From: Eledone cirrhosa | Taxonomy: Eukaryota | Direction of reading: 5' to 3' | NCBI GenBank assembly: GCA_964016885.1 | Contig: CAXHJY010000662.1 | Coordinates: 1 to 25,590, forward strand | DNA: 25,590 bases | Shown here: positions 14,564-25,140 of the stretch, one piece after another | How positions within the stretch are numbered: position 1 is the stretch's first letter | How the letters are laid out: each line of letters starts with the position of its first letter | Position numbers and translations under genes: made by a program | The notes under the pieces: model-generated | Seen by the model: only the letters and a program-made list of their open reading frames with translations | Told to the model about the DNA's origin: nothing | The model's database searches: none

Positions 14564-16057
14564 GACCTTAGCAACCTGTGCCCTACAAGACCAGCAAGAG
14601 GCAGACCACCTACCATTACCTCAATGGCCAAGAAAACCCACACAGATAGATGGAACGGGTGGACCAGAGCCATACGGACACCCGAAAACCACGATGAACT
14701 GAAGAAAATGATTGCACATGCGGTAGGGGCCAGCATAAAATTAACCCTTAAGGAACATATGTTCAAATTTAATGGTAAAACATATGCCCAAGAGGAAGGA
14801 GCAGCCATTGGTGTTAGCATTGCAGGCGACATAGCTAACTTATTCATGGTATGGTGGGACAGTAGACTTAAACAAAAACTTAATGAACAATTAGAAGACA
14901 GCTTAACCCTGATAATGTACTCCCGCTACGTAGATGATATAAACATCGTAGTTAAGACACCCCCACTAAAGAACAGTCAGGAACTAGAGAAAAACACAAT
15001 GGAAAGCATCCAGCAAATAGCAAACTCCATCCACCAGAGCATTAGAGTTACTATAGACTACCCAAGTAGACACCCCAACCATCGATTACCTGTACTAGAC
15101 ACAGAGCTCTGGTTAGATACCATTAACAACCAAAAACAAATCCTCCATTCCCATTATGCCAAACCCATGACTTCCAAACATCTGATCCACCGAAACTCGG
15201 CCATTTCGGACCATACCAAAATCAACATACTGATTGCGGATTTGGTACGGGTGATGAGAAATGTGTCCCGCATGTGCAACCCCGAAGAACTAGAGAGACA
15301 CATACAACACTTCATCTACCATATGCAGTTCTCTGGCTACAATCAGAGAGATAGAATCAGAGTGTATAAAGGAGCCAGAACCAAATGGGAAAAAATGGTA
15401 AATAATGACATAAATGGGACCTGCCCCTTGTATAGGAGCAAATTTTGGAATAGAATAGAAAGAACTAGGAACAAGGCCAATAAAATAAACTCATGGTATG
15501 ATAGCAATAAATACCAGAGTGTAATGTTCATCAATACAACCCCTAGAGGCGAACTAGCCTACAAATTTAGAAGGGCCCTAAATAAACATAACCTCAATAT
15601 TAAGATAGTAGAAAGACCTGGTACCTCCGTAAAAACACTTATTAGCAAGACATACCCGTTCCAAAGACCCTCATGTATAGATAAGAAATATATAACCTGT
15701 AAAATAAGCCCCCATATTAACTGTAAAACTAGAAATGTAGTGTATAGCATAAGATGTACTGAAGGACAATGTAGAAACAAAAATATAGTGTACATAGGTG
15801 AGACAGCTCGTAGTATAGGGGAACGAATAAATGAACACTGGCGAGACCTCCAAGATAATAAAGAATCATCTGTGCTCTACCAACATGCTAAGATAGAACA
15901 CAGGGGTAGATTAGAGAGCATAGAAATAAAAATAGAATCCACGCACAGAAAAGACGCAATGTTTAGGCAAATTACAGAGGCAGTAAGCATAAAAGAATTA
16001 AAACCAAAATTAAATAGAAAATATGAGTGGAACAGCAACATCACAACTTACAATTAA
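14564..16057 (+). pseudogene. PLE reverse transcriptase / GIY-YIG endonuclease polyprotein, partial but uninterrupted (497 codons plus stop)
   Basis: [17 protein letters not shown] (RT motif B), YSRYVDDIN (YVDD at 14927-14938), LPVLD, thumb (SGYN), [13 protein letters not shown]...[16 protein letters not shown]...RQITEAVSI...LNRKYEW. RT motif A is not visible, so the copy is 5'-truncated. Confidence 0.93.
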
Positions 16058-16331
16058 GGACAAAATGAAAACACACACACACATAGAACAAACAACTTAC
16101 AATTGAAAACACACACAAAATGAAAACACACACAAGACAAAATGTAAACACACACACACATAGAACAAACAACCAACCAACAATAAATAAATAAACAAAT
16201 AGAAAAATGAACACAAACACACAGACACCCGGATGTGGCACATGCGCAAACTGAGCACACAACACACACACAGAAACAAAATGGCGTAGGATAGAAGAAA
16301 GAAAAGGCACAGAAACGAAGAAGGAATCCCC

Positions 16332-16376
16332 AGTCACTGAAGAGGTCACAGAGTGTGTGACGAAAGGACTATGACT
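16332..16376 (+). ncRNA. Minimal type I hammerhead ribozyme in the PLE pLTR
   Basis: AGUCA-CUGAAGA-G-GUCACA(GAGUG)UGUGAC-GAAA-GGAC-UA-UGACU: 5-bp stem I, 6-bp stem II, CUA triplet. Minimal HHRs in PLE pLTRs are established. Confidence 0.85.
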
Positions 16377-16600
16377 ATATATATAAACAACTATCTGGTT
16401 GTGGAACCAACCAACCAACCAGAAATTTATAAGCTTGTAGATTTGTAAATTTATAAATTTATAAATATATAATAAATTAAAGTGAAAGCAACTGGTGCGT
16501 CTGTTTCTTATTGGCAACATGACCCTCCCAAAGTATAACAATATCGGTTTCAACACACGATTTCAGATAAAGAATCTTGCTAAACAAATTCAGAAACGAA

Positions 16601-17129
<529 letters not shown>

Positions 17130-17255
17130 GTTAGCCCCCTCCCACACACACACACACTCCGCTTATAAGAATGTAAGCAAATGTCCAACCCCCTCCGCTT
17201 ATTCCCAGTATATGAGTTGTTTACGGTAGTTCACACTTCACCCACTGCAGAAGAA

Positions 17256-17875
17256 CGTCTGTTTAGTGCACGGTTTAGCCTGGCCAGCCTATAGCGTCTG
17301 GTTAGTACGGCTTGGCCTGGTCAGCCTATAGCTTCTGGTTAGTGCACGGTTTAGCCTGGCCAGCCTATAGCGTCTGGTTAGTGCACGGTTTAGCCTGGCC
17401 AGCCTATAGCGTCTGGTTAGTGCGCGGTTTAGCCTGGCCAGACTATAGCGTCTGGTTAGTGCACGGTTTAGCCTGGCCAGCCTATAGCGTCTGGTTAGTG
17501 CACGGTTTAGCCTGGCCAGCCTATAGCGTCTGGTTAGTGCACGGTTTAGCCTGGCCAGATTATAGAATCTGGTTAGTGCACGGTTTAGCCTGGCCAGCCT
17601 ATAGCGTCTGGTTAGTGCACGGTTTAGCCTGGCCAGACTATAGCATCTGGTTAGTGCACGGTTTGGTCTGGCCAGCCTATAGCGTCTGGTTAGTGCACGG
17701 TTTAGCCTGGCCAGATTATAGAATCTGGTTAGTGCACGGTTTAGCCTGGCCAGCCTATAGCGTCTGGTTAGTGCACGGTTTAGCCTGGCCAGACTATAGC
17801 GTCTGGTTAGTGCACGGTTTAGCCTGGCCAGACTATAGCGTCTGGTTAGTGCACGGTTTAGCCTGGCCAGACTAT
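17256..17875. repeat. 39-bp minisatellite, ~16 copies (GTCTGGTTAGTGCACGGTTTAGCCTGGCCAGCCTATAGC)
   Basis: Direct head-to-tail repeats with few variant positions. Confidence 0.97.
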
Positions 17876-17940
17876 TAAATAACTAGCTAGTGAATACCCT
17901 GAAGTAGTGAGTACTGGAAGTAGGGGGTGCACCTTTCCCT

Positions 17941-20900
17941 GAGCCAGTCACGAGTGCTAAATACCCAGGTACACACTGTAGAGCTAGTCACGAGTGTTAA
18001 ATACCCAGGTACACTGTAGAGCTAGTCTCGAGTACTAAATACCCAGGTACACACTGTAGAGCTAGTCTCGAGTACTAAATACCCAGGTACACACTGTAGA
18101 GCTAGTCTCGAGTACTAAATACCCAGGTACACACTGTAGAGCTAGTCTCGAGTACTAAATACCCAGGTACACACTGTAGAGCTAGTCTCGAGTACTAAAT
18201 ACCCAGGTACACACTGTAGAGCTAGTCACGAGTGTTAAATACCCAGGTACACACTGTAGAGTTAGTCACGAGTACTAAATACCCAGGTACACACTGTAGA
18301 GCTAGTCACGAGTGTTAAATACCCAGGTACACTGTAGAGCTAGTCTCGAGTACTAAATACCCAGGTACACACTGTAGAGCTAGTCTCGAGTACTAAATAC
18401 CCAGGTACACACTGTAGAGCTAGTCTCGAGTACTAAATACCCAGGTACACACTGTAGAGCTAGTCACGAGTGTTAAATACCCAGGTACACACTGTAGAGT
18501 TAGTCACGAGTACTAAATACCCAGGTACACACTGTAGAGCTAGTCTTGAGTGCTAAATACCCAGGTACACACTGTAGAGCTAGTCTCGAGTGCTAATTAC
18601 CCAGGTACACACTGTAGAGCTAGTCTTGAGTACTTAATACCCAGGTACACACTGTAGAGTTAGTCTCGAGTACTAAATACCCAGGTACACACTGTAGAGT
18701 TAGTCACGAGTACTAAATACCCAGGTACACACTGTATAGCTAGTCTCGAGTGCTAAATACCCAGGTACACACTGTAGAGCTAGTCTCGAGAACTTAATAC
18801 CCAGGTACACACTGTAGAGTTAGTCTCGAGTGCTAAATACCCAGGTACACACTGTAGAGTTAGTCACGAGTACTAAATACCCAGGTACACACTGTAGAGC
18901 TAGTCTCGAGTACTTAATACCCAGGTACACACTGTAGAGCTAGTCTCGAGTGCTAAATACCCAGGTACACACTGTAGAGTTAGTCTCGAGTACTAAATAC
19001 CCAGTTACACACTGTAGAGTTAGTCTCGAGTGCTAAATACCCAGGTACACACTGTAGAGCTAGTCTCGAGTGCTAAATACCCAGGTACACACTGTAGAGC
19101 TAGTCTCGAGTGCTAAATACCCAGGTACACACTGTAGAGCTAGTCTCGAGTGCTAAATACCCAGGTACACACTGTAGAGCTAGTCTCGAGTACTTAATAC
19201 CCAGGTACACACTGTAGAGCTAGTCTCGAGTGCTAAATACCCAGGTACACACTGTAGAGCTAGTCACGAGTACTAAATACCCAGGTACACACTGTAGAGC
19301 TAGTCACGAGTACTTAATACCCAGGTACACACTGTAGAGCTAGTCTTGAGTACTAAATACCCAGGTACACACTGAAGAGCTAGTCTCGAGTACTAAATAC
19401 CCAGGTACACACTGTAGAGCTAGTCACGAATGTTAAATACCCAGGTACACACTGTAGAGTTAGTCACGAGTACTAAATACCCAGGTACACACTGTAGAGC
19501 TAGTCTCGAGTACTAAATACCCAGGTACACACTGAAGAGCTAGTCTCGAGTACTAAATACCCAGGTACACACTGTAGAGTTAGTCACGAGTACTTAATAC
19601 CCAGGTACACACTGTAGAGTTAGTCTCGAGTGCTAAATACCCAGGTACACACTGTAGAGTTAGTCACGAGTACTAAATACCCAGGTACACACTGTAGAGC
19701 TAGTCTCGAGTGCTAAATACCCAGGTACACACTGTAGAGCTAGTCTCGAGTGCTAAATACCCAGGTACACACTGTAGAGCTAGTCTCGAGTGCTAAATAC
19801 CCAGGTACACACTGTAGAGTTAGTCTCGAGTGCTAAATACCCAGGTACACACTGTAGAGTTAGTCACGAGTACTAAATACCCAGGTACACACTGTATAGC
19901 TAGTCACGAGTACTTAATACCCAGGTACACACTGTATAGCTAGTCACGAGTACTTAATACCCAGGTACACACTGTAGAGTTAGTCTCGAGTACTTAATAC
20001 CCAGGTACACACTGTAGAGCTAGTCTCGAGTGCTAAATACCCAGGTACACACTGTAGAGTTAGTCACGAGTACTAAATACCCAGGTACACACTGTATAAC
20101 TAGTCACGAGTACTTAATACCCAGGTACACACTGTAGAGCTAATCACGAGTACTAAATACCCAGGTACACACTGTAGAGTTAGTCTCGAGTGCTAAATAC
20201 CCAGGTACATACTGTATAGCTAGTCACGAGTACTAAATACCCAGGTACACACTGTAGAGCTAGTCACGAGTACTTAATACCCAGGTACACACTGTAGAGC
20301 TAGCCTCGAGTACTAAATACCCAGGTACACACTGTAGAGCTAGTCTCGAGTACTAAATACCCAGGTACACACTGTAGAGCTAGTCTCGAGTGCTAAATAC
20401 CCAGGTACACACTGTAGAGCTAGTCTCGAGTGCTAAATACCCAGGTACACACTGTAGAGCTAGTCTCGAGTGCTAAATACCCAGGGTACACACTGTAGAG
20501 CTAGTCTCGAGTACTAAATACCCAGGTACACACTGTAGAGCTAGTCTCGATTACTAAATACCCAGGTACACACTGTAGAGCTAGTCTCGAGTACTAAATA
20601 CCCAGGTACACACTGTAGAGCTAGTCTCGATTACTAAATACCCAGGTACACACTGTAGAGCTAGTCTCGAGTGCTAAATACCCAGGTACACACTGTAGAG
20701 CTAGTCTCGAGTGCTAAATACCCAGGTACACACTGTAGAGCTAGTCTCGAGTGCTAAATACCCAGGTACACACTGTAGAGCTAGTCTCGAGTACTAAATA
20801 CCCAGGTACACACTGTAGAGCTAGTCTCGAGTGCTAAATACCCAGGTACACACTGTAGAGCTAGTCTCGAGTGCTAAATACCCAGGTACACACTGTAGAG

Positions 20901-21250
20901 CTAGTCTCGAGTACTAAATACCCAGGTACACACTGTAGAGCTAGTCTCAAGTACTAAATACCCAGGTACACACTGTAGAGCTAGTCTCGAGTACTAAATA
21001 CCCAGGTACACACTGTAGAGCTAGTCTCAAGTACTAAATACCCAGGTACACACTGTAGAGCTCGTCACGAGTACTAAATACCCAGGTACACACTGTAGAG
21101 CTAGTCTCGAGTACTAAATACCCAGGTACACACTGTAGAGCTAGTCTCAAGTACTAAATACCCAGGTACACACTGTAGAGCTCGTCACGAGTACTAAATA
21201 CCCAGGTACACACTGTAGAGCTAGTCTCGAGTACTTAATACTCAAGTACA
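17941..21250. repeat. 40-bp minisatellite, ~83 copies (GAGCTAGTCTCGAGTACTAAATACCCAGGTACACACTGTA)
   Basis: Direct head-to-tail repeats; no unique spacers. Confidence 0.98.
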
Positions 21251-21303
21251 ACTTGTCGAGCATTTTACTTGTGGGCATTTTACTCTTAAAACCTACAGTA
21301 TTA

Positions 21304-21617
21304 AAAGCCCCTATCGGTCACAAATGACTATGGTTTTGCCCCTAGAAAGTTTCCCTCCGAGGCACAAGCATGGGCAGGGTTTGTTTTGTGGAAGACCAGC
21401 AGTCACCCATACATACCACTCTCCCTTCTCCAAGGGGGAGGCAGTGATCGATAAAGCTTGGCACCAGTGACGTCGCAACTCATTTCTACAGCTGAGTAAA
21501 CTGGAGCAAAGTGAAATAAAGCGACTTTCTTGCTTAAGGAAACATCGCCCGGTCCGATAATCGAACTTACAACCTCTCAATTGCAAGCCCAACATTCTAA
21601 CCACTAAGCCATGTGCC
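21304..21617 (-). mobile_element. tRNA-derived SINE (central domain resembling conserved metazoan SINE cores)
   Basis: Minus strand: A box TGGCTTAGTGG (21611-21601), B box-like AGTTCGATT (21567-21559), then TGTTTCCTTAAGCAAG...TGCTCCAGTTTACTCAGCTGTAGAAATGAGT; about 310 bp. Confidence 0.82.
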
Positions 21618-21687
21618 AGCACTAACCTACATTACATTGGTGTGCTAATTGCCCACCTCACAACTCCACTCCGGTTGTATTTTTGAT

Positions 21688-21890
21688 TTAACCCTTTAGC
21701 ATTCACATTACTCTATATATATATATTATTATATTTTCACATAATTATCTCACATAATATCGAAATAATGAGATTAAGAAAATATTTATTTTGAGAACAC
21801 TACGTTAATATCAATTTGAGCGACCGGTTACAGCCAGTTTCAACAGAAAGAGGTAGAGAATTCTGGCCGGTTTGAACATTAAAGAGTTAA
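21688..21890. mobile_element. Degenerate MITE with TTAA ends (piggyBac-like)
   Basis: TTAACCCTTTAGCATTCA ... TGAACATTAAAGAGTTAA: 14/18 inverted match including TTAA on both sides. Confidence 0.6.
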
Positions 21891-22110
21891 ATTTGAATAA
21901 AATTAAAAATAGAAATGTTGTGTCCGGAATAATTGATTGGACTTTGTTTCCTTTAACTCAAACAATTTATGTTTCTGGTTGACCCAATTTATAATCCTTA
22001 CGTAAATGACTCTGGCGCTTATCGTTGGTTAACTTGAAATTCGGATACACATATCACTTCGATAAATAAAAAACGATCAAAGTAAATCGAGCGAAGCATA
22101 TATATATATA

Positions 22111-22169
22111 TGCTTTATATCAGTTATAAAAATATTTGCTTATTGTATCCCAACAATTTAAATAGAACT
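22111..22169 (+). repeat. Isolated tail fragment of palindromic family D
   Basis: Near-identical to 23190-23248 and to the reverse complement of 24382-24440. Confidence 0.85.
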
Positions 22170-22243
22170 AGTAATAATAATAATAATTAAAATTCTTTGC
22201 TTAAACTTTAATCTGTTATTTTAATAAATATATATATATATAT

Positions 22244-22636
22244 ATAAAATATTAAACAAATAATGAACAAACAATTCCTTATATTAAACAAAAAAAGTTC
22301 ACTATTTAACGATCGTTTCTAGGGTATATATGTGTTATAATTGGTATGCATATTTAACAGATCTATGTACAAAATTATACAAAATTATACAAATTATCAA
22401 GATTAAATATACATACCTAACTCATATATACGCCGTCTTCAAGACGGCGTATATATGAGTTAGGTATGTATATTTAATCTTGATAATTTGTATAATTTTG
22501 TATAATTTTGTACATAGATCTGTTAAATATGCATACCAATTATAACACATATATACCCTAGAAACGATCGTTAAATAGTGAACTTTTTTTGTTTAATATA
22601 AGGAATTGTTTGTTCATTATTTGTTTAATATTTTAT
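22244..22636. repeat. Perfect palindrome, 196-bp arms, 1-nt centre (22440); unique extension to ~22770 on the right
   Basis: ...ATATACGCCGTCTT-C-AAGACGGCGTATAT...; arms match base for base out to 22244/22636. Confidence 0.95.
22439..22572 (+). ncRNA. Truncated hammerhead-like motif with a ~115-nt rod-like stem II (mirrored on the minus strand in the left arm)
   Basis: AAGA-CGGCGUAUAUAUGAGUUA-GGUAUGUAUAUUUAA...UUAAAUAUGCAUACC-..-UAACACAUAUAUACCCUA-GAAA-CGAUCG-UU. The minus strand reads UUGAAGA across the palindrome centre; the 5' strand of stem I is absent. Confidence 0.5.
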
Positions 22637-22765
22637 CTTGACTCTGTATACCGTTTATCTTTCACCGAAAGTGGATTTTCATTACATCTCTTCTTTCCAT
22701 GATATCCGGAATACATTGAGTTCTTCATACGGATTGGACACTACCGTAAACTCTTGGTAGATTTA

Positions 22766-22813
<48 letters not shown>

Positions 22814-22851
22814 ATATTAACAAATGGAAACTATATTTAAAAAACCATATT

Positions 22852-22916
22852 TATTTTATTATACATATTTCAAGGACACCACGTTAAATTATGGTGTGCT
22901 TTCATCAGACAAAATA
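22852..22916 (-). ncRNA. Type I hammerhead ribozyme, family D copy 1 left arm
   Basis: UAUUUUGU-CUGAUGA-AAGCACACCAU(AAUUUAAC)GUGGUGUCCUU-GAAA-UAUGUA-UA-AUAAAAUA: 8-bp stem I, 10-bp stem II with one mismatch, self-complementary AUAUGUAU stem III, AUA triplet. Confidence 0.78.
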
Positions 22917-23058
22917 CAATATAGATCAGTTTTATAAATAAATATTGACAAAAATGCAACCATTACTGTTGGAAGCTCACTATCCGGGAGCTTCCAACAG
23001 TAATGGTTGCATTTTTTAAGGGTATGTCAATATTTATTTATAAAACTGATCTATATTG

Positions 23059-23123
23059 TATTTTGTCTGATGAAAGCACACCATAATTTAACGTGGTGTC
23101 CTTGAAATATGTAAAATAAAATA
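23059..23123 (+). ncRNA. Type I hammerhead motif, family D copy 1 right arm (U16.1 mutated to A)
   Basis: Mirror of 22852-22916 but reads GAAAUAUGUAAA, so it is probably inactive. Confidence 0.65.
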
Positions 23124-23318
23124 AATATGGTTTTATAAATATAGTTTCCATTTGTTAATATCGTATATTTACTCCAAATACTTGTTGAGTGCTTTATATC
23201 AGTTATAAAAATATTTGCTTGTTGTATCCCAACAATTTAAATAGAACTTTTGCATATATATATATATATTTACAGTATATATATATATAGTTATGTAATA
23301 AACAACATAAGGCAATTA

Positions 23319-23378
23319 TTCCATTTACCAGTGGTTTCTTAAAAGCAAAAGATTTTGCTTTCAATCCTCAGAATGAAA
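23319..23378 (-). ncRNA. Type I hammerhead ribozyme
   Basis: Minus strand: UUUCAUU-CUGAGGA-UUGAAAGCAAA(AUCU)UUUGCUUUUAA-GAAA-CC(ACU)GG-UA-AAUGGAA. 7-bp stem I, 11-bp stem II, 3-bp stem III, GUA triplet. Confidence 0.85.
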
Positions 23379-23482
23379 AAATCCTGGTCTGTTTATTGAA
23401 TTTGGATTTTAAAAACAAAAATGCAATCTATATGAAAGTGAGGCTGGAGAAGGAAGAAGGAAAGGAAAAATAAAATAAAACT

Positions 23483-23712
23483 ACACATGCAAAAACACGC
23501 ACACACACACACAAAAGCATACATGCACACACACACACACACACACATATATATACATATATATATATATATATACATACACTCATACATACACACACAC
23601 ACACATATATACACACATATATGTGTATATAAATACACACATACACATACATATACACATATATACATACGCACATAAATATCAACACATCCATACATAC
23701 ACATACATATAT
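23483..23712. repeat. (CA)n/(TA)n mixed microsatellite between the two hammerheads
   Basis: Direct reading. Confidence 0.9.
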
Positions 23713-23741
23713 AATTTAATGTATAATAAACAATACAATAT

Positions 23742-23819
23742 AATTACCTCATTACCAGAGGTTTCCCGAATAAGTCGAATACGAAAATCGTCCTCATTCG
23801 TTCATCAGACAAGGCAATT
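23742..23819 (-). ncRNA. Type I hammerhead ribozyme
   Basis: Minus strand: AAUUGCCUUGU-CUGAUGA-ACGAAUGAG(18 nt)CUUAUUCGG-GAAA-CC(UCU)GG-UA-AUGAGGUAAUU. 11-bp stem I with 3 G.U pairs that only form on the minus strand, 8-bp stem II (A.G at 10.1/11.1), GUA triplet. Confidence 0.85.
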
Positions 23820-24507
23820 TAAAACATAGTGAAATATTTGAAAAATCTCTTCAAGAAAGGCAAGAGTTTAATGGGCAAAAAAAATAAAGCGAGAGATATT
23901 TAAAAATAAGGAAATATAGTTAGGCTATGTGTATAAATGTGTATATATTCACTCACAAATGTACATATGTGTGTATATACAAATGCATGTGTATAGTGAA
24001 AATGTGTGTGTGCGTAAGTACGTATATGAGGGCAAGCATAATAGTGTATGTGTGACCAATACGTATATAATATAAGTTGAAAAATAATGTACATCCAGAT
24101 TTAGGTATTAAATATATACACATACAAGTATGAAAGCACGCGTATAAACACACACGCGCGATCATTTATATGCGTAAAATAAAAAGGGAAGGGAGTATAT
24201 TAGTCAAAAAGAGTGTCATATTTGATACATATAAAAATGAAACAATATATGAGAAAGAAAAAAAATTTTGTTTAAATCAAAGAGAAAGTAAGAGGGAGAG
24301 GTTATCAATTAACACTAGAGAATAAGAAAACAAACATAGGTTCGCACGTAGGACATATACATATAAAAATATGTATGTAGAAGTTCTATTTAAATTGTTG
24401 GGATACAACAAGCAAATATTTTATAACTGATATAAAGCACTCAACAATTTATTGGAGTAAAAATACGATATATTAACAAATGAAAACTATATTTATAAAA
24501 CCATATT

Positions 24508-24572
24508 TATTTCATTATACATATTTCAAGGACACCAAGTTAAATTATGGTGTGCTTTCATCAGATAAAATA
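24508..24572 (-). ncRNA. Type I hammerhead ribozyme, family D copy 2 left arm
   Basis: UAUUUUAU-CUGAUGA-AAGCACACCA...UGGUGUCCUU-GAAA-UAUGUA-UA-AUGAAAUA; 8-bp stem I retained despite two substitutions relative to copy 1. Confidence 0.78.
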
Positions 24573-24706
24573 TAATAAATATTGATATATCCTTAAAGAA
24601 TGCGACCATTTCTGTTCGAAGCTCCCACTATCCGGGAGCTTCCAACAGAAATGGTCGCATTCTTTAAGGGTATGTCAATATTTATTTATAAAACTGTTCT
24701 ATATTA

Positions 24707-24771
24707 TATTTTATCTGATGAAAGCACACCATAATTTAACTTGGTGTCCTTGAAATATGTATAATGAAATA
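24707..24771 (+). ncRNA. Type I hammerhead ribozyme, family D copy 2 right arm
   Basis: Exact mirror of 24508-24572, core intact. Confidence 0.78.
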
Positions 24772-24819
24772 AATATGGTTTTATAAATATAGTTTCTATT
24801 TGTTAATATATCGTATAAA

Positions 24820-25140
24820 ATATATATATATGAATACGTACATGCAAAAGCGCATGCATACGTACATACATACACACGAAGCACACACATATATACACAT
24901 ATATAGGCACACTTATATCTAAGCACACGTACGTACGCGACTATATACATACATATATGCATACACACACATACATACGTATACATATACATATATATAT
25001 ACACATACTTATACACATACGTTCACCCACCTACACACACTCGTATAAATATAGATATAAAAACACACATGCTCACACATATAGACACATACACACGCAC
25101 ACATACGGAGACGCATGCACACTCACACGCATAGATACAA
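24820..25140. repeat. Degenerate (CA/TA)n low-complexity region
   Basis: Alternating purine-pyrimidine sequence. Confidence 0.8.

Larger units (their letters stand above)
14564..16599 (+). mobile_element. 5'-truncated Penelope-like element, subfamily A (RT + linker + C-terminal GIY-YIG + 3' pLTR with hammerhead); possibly Nematis-like clade
   Basis: The RT plus GIY-YIG domain combination defines PLEs; HHR in the 3' region; (TA)n on both sides. Clade assignment is a guess needing phylogeny. Confidence 0.92.
22812..23250. mobile_element. Palindromic hammerhead-bearing element, family D copy 1 (arms ~22812-22978 / 22988-23163; tail to ~23250)
   Basis: Apex GGAAGCTC-ACTATCCGG-GAGCTTCC; near-perfect arms; TA flanks; homolog at 24381-24816. 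Confidence 0.85.
24381..24816. mobile_element. Palindromic hammerhead-bearing element, family D copy 2 (tail on the left, 24381-24462; apex 24627-24633)
   Basis: Apex GAAGCTCCC-ACTATCC-GGGAGCTTC; arms ~24463-24626 / 24634-24816; homolog of 22812-23250. Confidence 0.85.

Noticed and set aside
17312-17878. 188-aa WLVHGLAWPAYSV repeat protein
   Set aside because: Open frame follows from the 39-bp unit; non-ATG start and no unique coding flanks.
17256-21250. CRISPR-like array
   Set aside because: Units are contiguous with no unique spacers, there are no cas genes and the context is eukaryotic.
21311-21622. 103-aa ORF or a tRNA gene
   Set aside because: Coincides with a SINE; A/B boxes are present but there is no cloverleaf.
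22432-22440. GCCGTCTTC match to the Illumina P7 adapter at the palindrome centre
   Set aside because: Only 9 nt, flanks do not match the adapter, and the sequence is better explained as part of the HHR-like stem.
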